Assembly: GCA_038842485.1 (NCBI GenBank)
Contig: JAWBSP010000015.1
Coordinates: 1 to 27,894 of the forward strand
From: Candidatus Hadarchaeales archaeon
Lineage (GTDB): Archaea > Hadarchaeota > Hadarchaeia > Hadarchaeales > JAWBSP01
DNA length: 27,894 bases
Direction: 5' to 3'
The position numbers and the translations under genes are program-made. Under the pieces are notes generated by a model. That model saw only the letters and a program-made list of their open reading frames with translations, was not told the origin of the DNA and searched no databases. Shown one piece after another: positions 17,977 to 25,983 of this stretch; position 1 is the first letter of the stretch, and every line of letters starts with the position of its first letter.

Positions 17977-18882
17977 CTAAATTTCCCGCCTTATCTTTTC
18001 TGCCACCACCAGGGCGGCTTCCCTCTGGGCTTCCTCCGTGGATGCCCCCAAATGAGGAGTCAGCACCACATTGCTCAACTGCAACAGGGGATGATCGCTG
18101 CTGATGGGCTCCTTCCAGTAAACGTCCAGACAGGCCCCGGCAATCCAGCCCTCACGCAGGGCCTTCAACAGTGCCTCCTCCTGAACTACCGCCCCCCGCG
18201 AGGTGTTGATGAGCACGGCTGTTGGCTTCATCATCCTGAGCTCCCTCTCGCCCAGCATGTTCCTCGTCTGCTCGTTGAGCGGAACGTGGAGGGAGACAAA
18301 GTCCGAGTTCCTGAGCAGGTCCTCCAGACCCACGTACTCCCCCCCGAGCTCCAAGAACTCCTTGCTCTGAACAATATCGTGGCCGAGCAGCCTCATGCCA
18401 AAAGCCTTCGCCCTCCTGGCAACCTCAAGGCCGATCCTGCCCGTGCCCAAGATCCCGAGCGTCTTCCCTCGAAGCTCGATTCCCATGAACTTGGACTTCT
18501 CCCACTTGCCCTGCCTCATGCTCGCATCCGCGGCCGGAATTCTCCTGCACCAGCTCAGCATGAGACCCAAGACAAGCTCGGCCACCGCCACGCTGACGGA
18601 CTCCGGAGCGTTCAGCACCTTTATCCCCCTCTCCTTGGCCGCCTCCTGATCGATGTTATCCAGTCCCACCCCAGCCCGCGCCACGATCTTGAGTCTCTTT
18701 CCCGCTTCTAGGACCTCCCGGGTGACCTTGGTGGCACTCCTCACCACGAGTACATCCACGTCCTCCACCTCCTTCAGGAGTTCGGATGGAGGTAGACCTG
18801 TCTTCACCCTCACCTCGCCAAGCTTCTTCAGCTCCTCCACACCATCGGGATGCAGATGATCAGAAACCAGGATGACTGGCAT
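17977..18882 (-). CDS. serA: D-3-phosphoglycerate dehydrogenase (short type, no ACT domain) / D-2-hydroxyacid dehydrogenase
   Basis: [43 protein letters not shown]. Confidence 0.85.
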   Translation of the reverse strand: MPVILVSDHLHPDGVEELKKLGEVRVKTGLPPSELLKEVEDVDVLVVRSATKVTREVLEAGKRLKIVARAGVGLDNIDQEAAKERGIKVLNAPESVSVAVAELVLGLMLSWCRRIPAADASMRQGKWEKSKFMGIELRGKTLGILGTGRIGLEVARRAKAFGMRLLGHDIVQSKEFLELGGEYVGLEDLLRNSDFVSLHVPLNEQTRNMLGERELRMMKPTAVLINTSRGAVVQEEALLKALREGWIAGACLDVYWKEPISSDHPLLQLSNVVLTPHLGASTEEAQREAALVVAEKIRREI

Positions 18883-18898
18883 CAAACAAAAGAGAAGG

Positions 18899-18909
18899 TT
18901 TAAATATAT
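18899..18909. promoter_or_regulatory. overlapping bidirectional TATA for serA (-) and the Cys-rich microprotein (+)
   Basis: TTTAAATATAT lies 27-28 nt from ATG 18882 (-) and from ATG 18927 (+). Confidence 0.7.
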
Positions 18910-18917
18910 CGACTAAA

Positions 18918-19055
18918 ATGCCTGAAATGCCGTGCTGTCACCAATGCCCCTATTATTACGACTGTGAAGAGAAGAACGACTGTTGCCCCGAGTGTCCCTA
19001 CTACTCCACCGAGGGCTGCCTCTACTCGGAGGAGGAAGAGGAGCTGCTGGGGTAG
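18918..19055 (+). CDS. Cys-rich acidic microprotein (45 aa; 42 aa from ATG 18927); not in the ORF track
   Basis: MPEMPCCHQCPYYYDCEEKNDCCPECPYYSTEGCLYSEEEEELLG. It fills the serA-ACT gap, has a TATA at leaderless spacing, and contains an internal repeat. Confidence 0.8.
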   Translation: MPEMPCCHQCPYYYDCEEKNDCCPECPYYSTEGCLYSEEEEELLG

Positions 19056-19084
19056 CCAAAATAAAACCGCGCACTTAAAGGTGG

Positions 19085-19585
19085 ATGCTGGTGCGGTTAG
19101 AAATGGAACTTGAGGACAGGCCAGGACAGCTGGTGAGGGTTCTGGATCCCATAGCCAAGTTCGGGGGAAACATCCAAAGCGTGGTTCACCTCAGGGAGAA
19201 AAAGACACCGCTTGGTAGGTTGCCCGTGACCGTGATCTTCGAGATCCCCACCAAGGAAAAGCTGGACGGGCTCCTCAAGAACCTCGGGGAGATGGGCATC
19301 AGGATCACACAGGTGGGGGAGAGAGAGTGGTTCGCCAAGACCACCTTTCTTCTGGTCGGGCACATCCTCCACTCCGACCTCCAGAAGGTCGTGGATGCCG
19401 TGAATGCCCTGGGAGGTGTGAGAGTCTCGGATTTGGACCTAGCCATGCAGGGTGTGGGGATGGAGTCCTCCGCCAGAATGAGCCTGCTCGCCGAGAGTTC
19501 GGAACGCCTCAGGGTGGCTCTTCAGATGGTGGAGAAGATGGTCTCAGAGATGGGGCTGCTTATGATCAAACCTGTGGGAGAATGA
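19085..19585 (+). CDS. ACT-domain allosteric regulator associated with homoserine dehydrogenase
   Basis: ELEDRPGQL..GGNIQSVVH, LVGHILHSDL, ESSAR; ATGA overlap with hom. Confidence 0.88.
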   Translation: MLVRLEMELEDRPGQLVRVLDPIAKFGGNIQSVVHLREKKTPLGRLPVTVIFEIPTKEKLDGLLKNLGEMGIRITQVGEREWFAKTTFLLVGHILHSDLQKVVDAVNALGGVRVSDLDLAMQGVGMESSARMSLLAESSERLRVALQMVEKMVSEMGLLMIKPVGE

Positions 19586-20589
19586 AGGCAATTTTGGTGG
19601 GCTTCGGAAACCTTGGAAGGGGTCTGGCAAGGGCACTCATGGAGAGCCGGGATCTCCTCCGGGCGCAGGGGGTGGAAATGGAGGTAGTGGCGGTGGTCGA
19701 CGAGGCGGGCGGTGTGGTGGGAGAGAAGCTGGACCTGCAAAAACTGATCGAGGTCTCCGAAACCAAAGGAACCGTGGCACCGCTAGGAAAACCCGGCCTC
19801 CAAGCGCTGGAGGTCATACAAGAGGTGGAGGCGGATGTGATTGTCGAGCTGACCCCGACCAATATAAAAACGGGGGAGCCCGGGCTCAGCCACATCAAGG
19901 CTGCCATGGAAGCAGGAAAGCATGTGGTAACCTCGAACAAGGGTCCTCTCGTGGTGGCCTTGAGGGAACTCGAGCGGCTTGCGGCTCGCAGGGGGGTTCA
20001 GTTCAGATACTCGGCGACGGTGGGGGGCTCAATCCCGGTGATAAGCCTCGCCAGAAGGCTGTGCTCGGGAGATGAGATCCTGAGCATCAGGGGAGTGCTG
20101 AACGGGACCACCAACTACATCCTGAGCAGAATGGAGAGGGATGGTCTCCCGCAGGACATCGTGCTGAGGGAGGCGCAGGAGCTGGGGATAGCCGAGAAGG
20201 ATCCCACGCTCGACATCGAGGGAATCGATACCGCCTGCAAGCTCGTCATTCTGGCGAACTCCATCCTCAACCTCGATGCCAAGCTGCAGGACATCCAGAT
20301 CACCGGTATCTCCCGAATCACCCCAGATGCCCTCCGGCTGGCACGCGAGAGCGGTTACACCATCAAGCTACTGGGTTCGGCAAGCAAGGGAGAGCTCAGC
20401 GTTCGGCCCACCCTCGTTCCCCACGATCACCCCCTAGCGGTCAGCGGCACCCTGAACGCGGTTTGCTTCGGGCTCAGATTCGCCAGGGAGATAACCATAA
20501 CCGGCTTCGGTGCTGGACCGCGCGAAACCTCGAGTGCCCTGCTCGCAGACTTGGTTGAGATAGGGAAGGTTAGCGGACGAAGTCCCTGA
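19582..20589 (+). CDS. hom: homoserine dehydrogenase
   Basis: GFGNLG, HVVTSNKGP, ATVGGSIP, GVLNGTTNYIL, AEKDPTLDIEGID, GAGPRETSSA. Confidence 0.95.
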   Translation: MKAILVGFGNLGRGLARALMESRDLLRAQGVEMEVVAVVDEAGGVVGEKLDLQKLIEVSETKGTVAPLGKPGLQALEVIQEVEADVIVELTPTNIKTGEPGLSHIKAAMEAGKHVVTSNKGPLVVALRELERLAARRGVQFRYSATVGGSIPVISLARRLCSGDEILSIRGVLNGTTNYILSRMERDGLPQDIVLREAQELGIAEKDPTLDIEGIDTACKLVILANSILNLDAKLQDIQITGISRITPDALRLARESGYTIKLLGSASKGELSVRPTLVPHDHPLAVSGTLNAVCFGLRFAREITITGFGAGPRETSSALLADLVEIGKVSGRSP

Positions 20590-21904
20590 GATACGGCTGG
20601 CCGAAAATCTCCTCAACCACGGCTCTAGCCTGTCGCTCGGACTTCGTTCGCGGATCCTCGGCGAGAACCTCCAGCAAGATACCGAGGTCCCTCGTTTTGA
20701 AAAATTGGAGGGAGCGCTCCATCAAACGAAGTCTGGCCCTAACGGCAGAAAGGGTCTCGGGAGGGAGGTGCACCCGCTCGGGATGGATGCCCCTCCCGTC
20801 CACCCATGCGCTCACCTCGACCACCGCGTCGCCCGAGAACGTGCCGGGATTGGGAAGGTTCACCACAATCTTCCTCCTGTGATCGTTGAGCAGGGAGTCG
20901 ATCAGTTTGATGTGCGGCTCTATGCTCTCCACCAGCGGTATCTCCTCCAGTAGAGGGGAGTTTGGGTCCCGCGCGAGTGCTGACAGCTTCTTCAACTCCC
21001 TTTCCAGCCTCTCCAAGTAGAACGGCCAAGAGAGTTCGGAGTCCATCCCCCCGTACGGACCGAACCAGTACTTCTTTACCTCTAAGTTGAGGTGGTACTT
21101 CCAGGTTCCGTTGCGCGTGGTGCACCCGATGGGGAAGAGCTTGTAGGTGCGATACATGTCCACGGCCCCCCTCGAGAGCTGAGGTTCGGTATCACGCGGG
21201 GCGTAGGTTTTCCAGAACTCCTCCGCCTTTTCCTCTATCCACCTCTCGACCAGCGGGTAGGCATCCTCTCCCTCGTGCTCAAACCTTGCCAGCCAGACGC
21301 AGTGGTTTAAACCGGCCATCTGGTACTCCACCTTCCGCGCGTCCAGACCCAGAACATGGACGAGTTCCACGTACGCCGGTGGACCGTCGCACAAACCGAC
21401 CAGCTTGAGTCCAGGCAGCTCCCTCCAGATCAGGGTTGAAATCTCAAGAAGGGGGTTGGAACTCTGCAGGAACCAAGCGTCTGGTGCAAGCTCCTTCACG
21501 TCCCTGGCGATGTCTAGGGCAAGCTGGAGCTGGCCCAGCGAGGTGAAGGTGGGATAATCCGAAACCATGTTCCACTCCTGAGAGTCTATTCCACGGTAGT
21601 ACCCGTGTTTCTCCCCGATCGCCCTCACCTCCTCCTGCTGCTCGTGCCCACCCTGAAGCGCAACGTTGATGACAAAATCAGACCCCTCGATCGCCTGCCT
21701 GCGATCTTGGGTGCGCTCGAATCTGAACTCCTTCCCCAAGAGCCCCGCGTACCGGCGCGCTAGGGTGTGCACCACCTCAAGCCGCTCCGCGTTTATGTCC
21801 ATCAGAGTCACCGTGCTCCCCTCCAGTCCTTCGGTCAGGCAAAGATCCTTGATCAACTTCATGGAGAAGGCCGCACTCCCGGCCCCTACGATGCAGATCT
21901 TCAT
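20570..21904 (-). CDS. glycoside hydrolase family 4 (NAD+/Mn2+-dependent), AglA-like subgroup
   Basis: GAGSAAFS, GYYRGIDSQEWNMVSDY, SSNP, GLC, GLNH. Confidence 0.92.
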   Translation of the reverse strand: MKICIVGAGSAAFSMKLIKDLCLTEGLEGSTVTLMDINAERLEVVHTLARRYAGLLGKEFRFERTQDRRQAIEGSDFVINVALQGGHEQQEEVRAIGEKHGYYRGIDSQEWNMVSDYPTFTSLGQLQLALDIARDVKELAPDAWFLQSSNPLLEISTLIWRELPGLKLVGLCDGPPAYVELVHVLGLDARKVEYQMAGLNHCVWLARFEHEGEDAYPLVERWIEEKAEEFWKTYAPRDTEPQLSRGAVDMYRTYKLFPIGCTTRNGTWKYHLNLEVKKYWFGPYGGMDSELSWPFYLERLERELKKLSALARDPNSPLLEEIPLVESIEPHIKLIDSLLNDHRRKIVVNLPNPGTFSGDAVVEVSAWVDGRGIHPERVHLPPETLSAVRARLRLMERSLQFFKTRDLGILLEVLAEDPRTKSERQARAVVEEIFGQPYLRDFVR

Positions 21905-21928
21905 CCCGCCTAGCGCAGCGGCGGCAAA

Positions 21929-23248
21929 CTACAGCCTCTGAACCTGAACCACAACCGTCCGGTTCTCCGGGACCTCGAAGCGGACCCAGCACCCTGTGGA
22001 GTCCTGTAGGATTTCTCCCATGCTGGAGGAGTAGCTCCCCGGACCGAGCTCCACCCTCAGGTTGAGGGGAACCGGGTGGGGGTGCTCGTTCGTGACCCGG
22101 ATGTTCTCTGCGGTCTCCCCCCTCTCCCTCTCTATTTTCAGCTTCCAGATGTCGATGGGCTTGGCGTACGCGATGCGGGAGTTCTCAATCCTGAAGAGGT
22201 AGAAGGAGTGCCCAGCGGCGAACAAGCCTCCCCCCAGCGCCCACTGGATGATTCCCCCCTTCGAGTTGGGCGAAAGGCTTGGGTTGTGGTAGAAGGTTAG
22301 ACCCCTGTACTCAAAGGGCTCGTCGAAGACGTGCCAGTGCCCGAAAACGCTCACCACGTTTTCCCTCTCCAGAAGTTCCATGGTTTTTTCATGGTTCCAG
22401 ACTATGCAGCTGTTGTACTTCCCCCTGTTGATGTAAGGAATCCCGCTGTAGATGGTGGTCTGGCCGTAGGCAATCGGGTAGTGCTGAATGAGGAACTTGA
22501 GCTGAGCCGGTTGGGCAAGCTGGTTCTCAAGCCACTTCAGCTCCTCATCGTTGAAACCTCCCCAAGCCCGGTAGGGACCTATGGGGCAGGCACCCACGAA
22601 GAGCACGTCCCCGATCTTGAAGGAGTAGTTGGTGGGGCCGAACATGGAATTCCACCGTTTGAGGTAGGGATCGATATAGGTCTCATGGTTTCCCGGCAGC
22701 TTGAAGAAGGGAACCTCCACCGCCTTCGCCACCTCCATGAAGGTTTTCCACTCCTCGTCCAGACCGAAGTCGACCGCATCCCCTGCGAGGAAAACGAAAC
22801 CCGGTCCGAGCTCATTCACCAGTCTGAGACCGTTCTCCACTATCTCGGGTATCACCCTACCGAAGCGTGGGACGTGGATGTCGGATACCACTGCCCAGAG
22901 GAAGTTGTCCTCCTTGAAGGGCATCACGTAGAGCGCCCTCCCCCTGTTCTCGGTCCTCCCTCCCAGCCGCACGGTGACCTCGTACCAGCCCGGATCCAAG
23001 TTTTCCACCCAAACCCTCCCGTTCTCAAGTCGAGCGGGTCGGCCATCGATCCACACGGCCTCCACCTGAGGGGAAACCTCAAAGCTCCCCCCCAGACCAG
23101 CCACCGCCGGAACGAACTGGTTGGGGAAGTTCTCCGGGGAAAGGTAGTAGTGCCCAACCGACCAGCCAAAGCTCAGCCCAAGAATCAGAAACACCCCCAC
23201 GCCGAAGCACGCCACGGGCAGGTACGGTTTCGCGGCCTGGAGCTTCAT
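21929..23248 (-). CDS. exported/membrane-anchored calcineurin-like metallophosphoesterase
   Basis: Start at ATG 23248 (ATGA overlap); N-terminal hydrophobic helix; SDIH, GDAVD, GNHE, HYP and GHWH motifs; beta-rich flanking domains. Confidence 0.88.
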   Translation of the reverse strand: MKLQAAKPYLPVACFGVGVFLILGLSFGWSVGHYYLSPENFPNQFVPAVAGLGGSFEVSPQVEAVWIDGRPARLENGRVWVENLDPGWYEVTVRLGGRTENRGRALYVMPFKEDNFLWAVVSDIHVPRFGRVIPEIVENGLRLVNELGPGFVFLAGDAVDFGLDEEWKTFMEVAKAVEVPFFKLPGNHETYIDPYLKRWNSMFGPTNYSFKIGDVLFVGACPIGPYRAWGGFNDEELKWLENQLAQPAQLKFLIQHYPIAYGQTTIYSGIPYINRGKYNSCIVWNHEKTMELLERENVVSVFGHWHVFDEPFEYRGLTFYHNPSLSPNSKGGIIQWALGGGLFAAGHSFYLFRIENSRIAYAKPIDIWKLKIERERGETAENIRVTNEHPHPVPLNLRVELGPGSYSSSMGEILQDSTGCWVRFEVPENRTVVVQVQRL

Positions 23249-23871
23249 CCCAACCCCACGTAGAGGAAGTACGTTCCGTAGAGAGGGGGCAGGCAGATGA
23301 GCCACAGAAGGGGAGCCAGATACCACCTCACCTTGGCCACCCTCCAAATCGCCAGCATGGCGAGAATGGAGTAGAGTAGGAACCCCACCGCCCCCATTCC
23401 TATGATCCAGTACCACTCACCCATCCTGGCGTACGCCACGTAAACGGGGTAATCGCCGACCAGCAGGTGATGGTAGAGAATGGATGCCACCAGATATATG
23501 TCCAGGGCCAGACCCACGGGCTGGGAGGCCAGGAGGGTTGCTTCCAGATAGGCCTCCGTGCTGAAGGATTTCTTCAGCAGGTAGTTCCTGAGCTTCAGGA
23601 TGCCCAAGCTCATGAGCGCGGGGAGGGCCCAGAGGGAGAAGAAGACCGCCACCCAGAGGGACTGCCAGTAAGCGTGCATGACGTTTGCCATGGTGTACTG
23701 GAAAAGGAAGGAGAAGATAATGGAGCCGATGACTACCGTCTGTATGCTCGTCCTGAACAGGTTCGGACTCCTGACCACCTCATCGAAGGCGCGGAGGGGG
23801 CGGAGGGTGAAGAAATATTTGAACCTGTCGGAGTACGGCATCCATCTTTGCCCTCTCTGATATAAACTCAT
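23245..23871 (-). CDS. integral membrane protein, Yip1-like
   Basis: About 5 hydrophobic helices; N-terminal TLRPLRAFDEVV resembles the Yip1 'P..AF' amphipathic motif. Start uncertain (23886, 23871 or 23841). Confidence 0.7.
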   Translation of the reverse strand: MSLYQRGQRWMPYSDRFKYFFTLRPLRAFDEVVRSPNLFRTSIQTVVIGSIIFSFLFQYTMANVMHAYWQSLWVAVFFSLWALPALMSLGILKLRNYLLKKSFSTEAYLEATLLASQPVGLALDIYLVASILYHHLLVGDYPVYVAYARMGEWYWIIGMGAVGFLLYSILAMLAIWRVAKVRWYLAPLLWLICLPPLYGTYFLYVGLG

Positions 23872-23895
23872 GCCCTCGAGAAGCAACCCTCCTTC

Positions 23896-23903
23896 ATATA
23901 TAA
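23896..23903. promoter_or_regulatory. bidirectional TATA for the membrane protein operon (-) and dfx (+)
   Basis: ATATATAA lies about 28-32 nt from GTG 23924 (+) and ATG 23871 (-). Confidence 0.65.
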
Positions 23904-23923
23904 GGAATCCATGAGATGAGAGA

Positions 23924-24301
23924 GTGACGGGAGTAGGACAGGTCTACAGGTGCAACATCTGCGGGAACATAGTGGTTGTACTTCACTCCGGAGTGGGACG
24001 GCTGGTCTGCTGCGGACAACCGATGGAACTCTTACAAGAGAAATCGGTCGACGTTGGAAAGGAAAAGCATGTGCCGGTGATCGAGAAAACCGGGGAAGGG
24101 ATAAAAGTTAGGGTAGGCTCCGTCCCCCACCCGATGGAGGAGAAACACCACATAGAATGGATAGAGCTAGTGACGGAGAGCGGGAGCTATCGAAAGTTTC
24201 TCAAACCGGGCGAGGCACCGGAGGCCCTCTTTGCGGTCGGTGGCGGGGAAGTGAAAGCGAGAGAATACTGCAACATCCACGGGCTCTGGACATCGGGCTA
24301 A
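23924..24301 (+). CDS. dfx: desulfoferrodoxin (2Fe superoxide reductase)
   Basis: [35 protein letters not shown]. Confidence 0.96.
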   Translation: MTGVGQVYRCNICGNIVVVLHSGVGRLVCCGQPMELLQEKSVDVGKEKHVPVIEKTGEGIKVRVGSVPHPMEEKHHIEWIELVTESGSYRKFLKPGEAPEALFAVGGGEVKAREYCNIHGLWTSG

Positions 24302-24305
24302 AACT

Positions 24306-25139
24306 TTGGAAAGGCCGGTGAGGGACCCACGGCTCAGGACGGCGCTGAACGAGGCCACCCTCCTGCCTCTGGATGCGGCTGAGTTCGCCAAGATAGCGGG
24401 GGAAGCGGGCTTTCAGGGGGTGGAGTTCAGAATTGAGAAGGTTGAAAGCCGGGAGAAGGCGGGGGAGCTCCGTGGGATACTTCAGAGGTACGGGCTGCGG
24501 GCTGTCAGCCTCAACGCCCTGGAGGATTTTTCCCTCTGTTCCCCTGCCAAGTTCAGAAGGATGGTCAGAAGGACCGAACTCCTTTTCGATGAAATCTGCG
24601 GGACACTTGACTGTGACCTTGTGGTGGCCGTTCCCTCCTTCCTTCCTCAAGCGCCTTCTTCAAAAGACACCATAAAGCGGATGACCTCGGAGAGACTTCG
24701 AGTGCTCGCCGAGATGGCGAGGGAACACGGCATCAGAATAGGGTTCGAGTTCCTAGGATTCGGGACCTGTTCTATAAACCGCCTAGCCGATGCCTGGAGG
24801 CTTGTCCGGGAGCTCAATCTTGAGAATCTGGGGCTCGTGATCGACACCTTCCACCTTCACCTCAGCGGCGAGCTCTTGGAGCCCCTTCCCCCTCAAAGAA
24901 TCTTCCTTGTTCATGTAAACGACGCGCCGCGTTTGGAAAGGAACAAACTTGAAGACAAACACAGGGTTCTTCCGGGAGCCGGGACCTTGCCGCTCAAAGA
25001 GTTCCTTGGGGGGCTGATGAGAACAGGATACCGCGGGTTCCTCTCCGTGGAACTTTTCAACAGAGAGTACTGGCAACGCGAGCCCCGATGGGTGGCGAGC
25101 GAGGCCCTGAAGACCTTGGAGCACATCCTCGCGATCTAA
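24306..25139 (+). CDS. sugar phosphate isomerase/epimerase TIM barrel, IolI (2-keto-myo-inositol isomerase)-like
   Basis: LNEATL, SLNAL, GFEFLG..CSIN, GLVIDTFH, VHVND, RVLPGAG, SVELFNREYW. Start is 24306 or 24318. Confidence 0.85.
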   Translation: MERPVRDPRLRTALNEATLLPLDAAEFAKIAGEAGFQGVEFRIEKVESREKAGELRGILQRYGLRAVSLNALEDFSLCSPAKFRRMVRRTELLFDEICGTLDCDLVVAVPSFLPQAPSSKDTIKRMTSERLRVLAEMAREHGIRIGFEFLGFGTCSINRLADAWRLVRELNLENLGLVIDTFHLHLSGELLEPLPPQRIFLVHVNDAPRLERNKLEDKHRVLPGAGTLPLKEFLGGLMRTGYRGFLSVELFNREYWQREPRWVASEALKTLEHILAI

Positions 25140-25144
25140 CTGAG

Positions 25145-25229
25145 TGCGGGGGAGGGGATTTGAACCCCCGAACCCCTACGGGACTGGCGCCTCAGGCCAG
25201 CGCCTTTGACCTGGCTTGGCGACCCCCGC
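25145..25229 (-). tRNA. tRNA-Leu(GAG), 85 nt, no intron, CCA not encoded
   Basis: GCGGGGG/TCCCCCGC-A acceptor, CTGGC-CTGAGGC-GCCAG anticodon arm, long variable arm, GGTTCAAATCC T arm. Confidence 0.97.
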
Positions 25230-25305
25230 TTTTAAAAATTCTCCTTGAAGCCTAAAGTTTTTACCGCATGTCGCTGCACCGTTAAACCATAGCGGGCACA
25301 TATTG

Positions 25306-25803
25306 ATGTTTTATGAGGGAGTCTTTCGGGAGCTGAACCGGAGAGGCGTTCGGTACGTTGTAATCGGCGGCGTGGCTGTAAACTTGCATGGAGTGCCGAG
25401 GACAACGGCAGATTTAGACCTGCTGGTGGATTTGCAGGGGCCCAACTTGCAAAAACTGATCGAAGCCATGAAGAATCTCGGGTACAGGCCACGAGCGCCC
25501 GTTCGCTTCGCCGACATAACACTCGAGAATCTGAGGACTTGGGTCAAGGAGAAGCACATGAGGGTGCTCAGCTTCACAAATCCCGAGAGGCCGCAGGAGG
25601 AAGTTGATATCCTCGTGAATTCCCCTGTCAGCTTTGAGGAGGTTTACGGGAGAATCGAATTCGTGACCGCCAAGGGGCTATCCATACCGCTCATCTCTCT
25701 AGACGACCTCATCACCCTGAAGAGACGCTCCGGGCGCCTACAGGACCTCTCGGATGTGGAGGCCTTGAGAAAGGTGAAGAAAATAAAGGAGGGATTGAAG
25801 TGA
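25306..25803 (+). CDS. Pol-beta superfamily nucleotidyltransferase (AbiEii/MenT-like), putative toxin
   Basis: VIGGVAVNLHGVPRTTADLDL (GG..R.T.DhD), EVDIL and LITLKRRSGRLQDLSD (K..R..D..D). Confidence 0.85.
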   Translation: MFYEGVFRELNRRGVRYVVIGGVAVNLHGVPRTTADLDLLVDLQGPNLQKLIEAMKNLGYRPRAPVRFADITLENLRTWVKEKHMRVLSFTNPERPQEEVDILVNSPVSFEEVYGRIEFVTAKGLSIPLISLDDLITLKRRSGRLQDLSDVEALRKVKKIKEGLK

Positions 25804-25967
25804 AGGGTTTCAGATACCGCGTGACGAAGAAAACCATCCTGAATTACCTGAAACTGACGCCCGAACAGAGGCTTGAGTGGCTCGAGGAAATCAACACATT
25901 CCTCTACACCTTCATGCCAAAACAAAACAGGGAAATCATGCAGAAGTTCAGGGCCGGGGAAATCTGA
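25800..25967 (+). CDS. 55-aa helical protein, putative antitoxin/partner; not in the ORF track
   Basis: MKGFRYRVTKKTILNYLKLTPEQRLEWLEEINTFLYTFMPKQNREIMQKFRAGEI; GTGA overlap with the NTase stop; SD GGAGG. Confidence 0.8.
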   Translation: MKGFRYRVTKKTILNYLKLTPEQRLEWLEEINTFLYTFMPKQNREIMQKFRAGEI

Positions 25968-25983
25968 AAACGATGAATTTCGC

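Noticed and set aside
19327-19581. N-terminal extensions in the ORF track (hom; also 950-1015, 7521-7652, 23249-23416, 27153-27209)
   Set aside because: They overlap upstream genes; internal starts with ATGA/TTGA coupling, an SD or a TATA fit better.
22331-23263. Long antisense or alternate-frame ORFs (310 aa here; also 26089-27009, 4223-4870, 18052-18711)
   Set aside because: Shadow frames of well-supported genes in GC-rich DNA, with no recognisable motifs.
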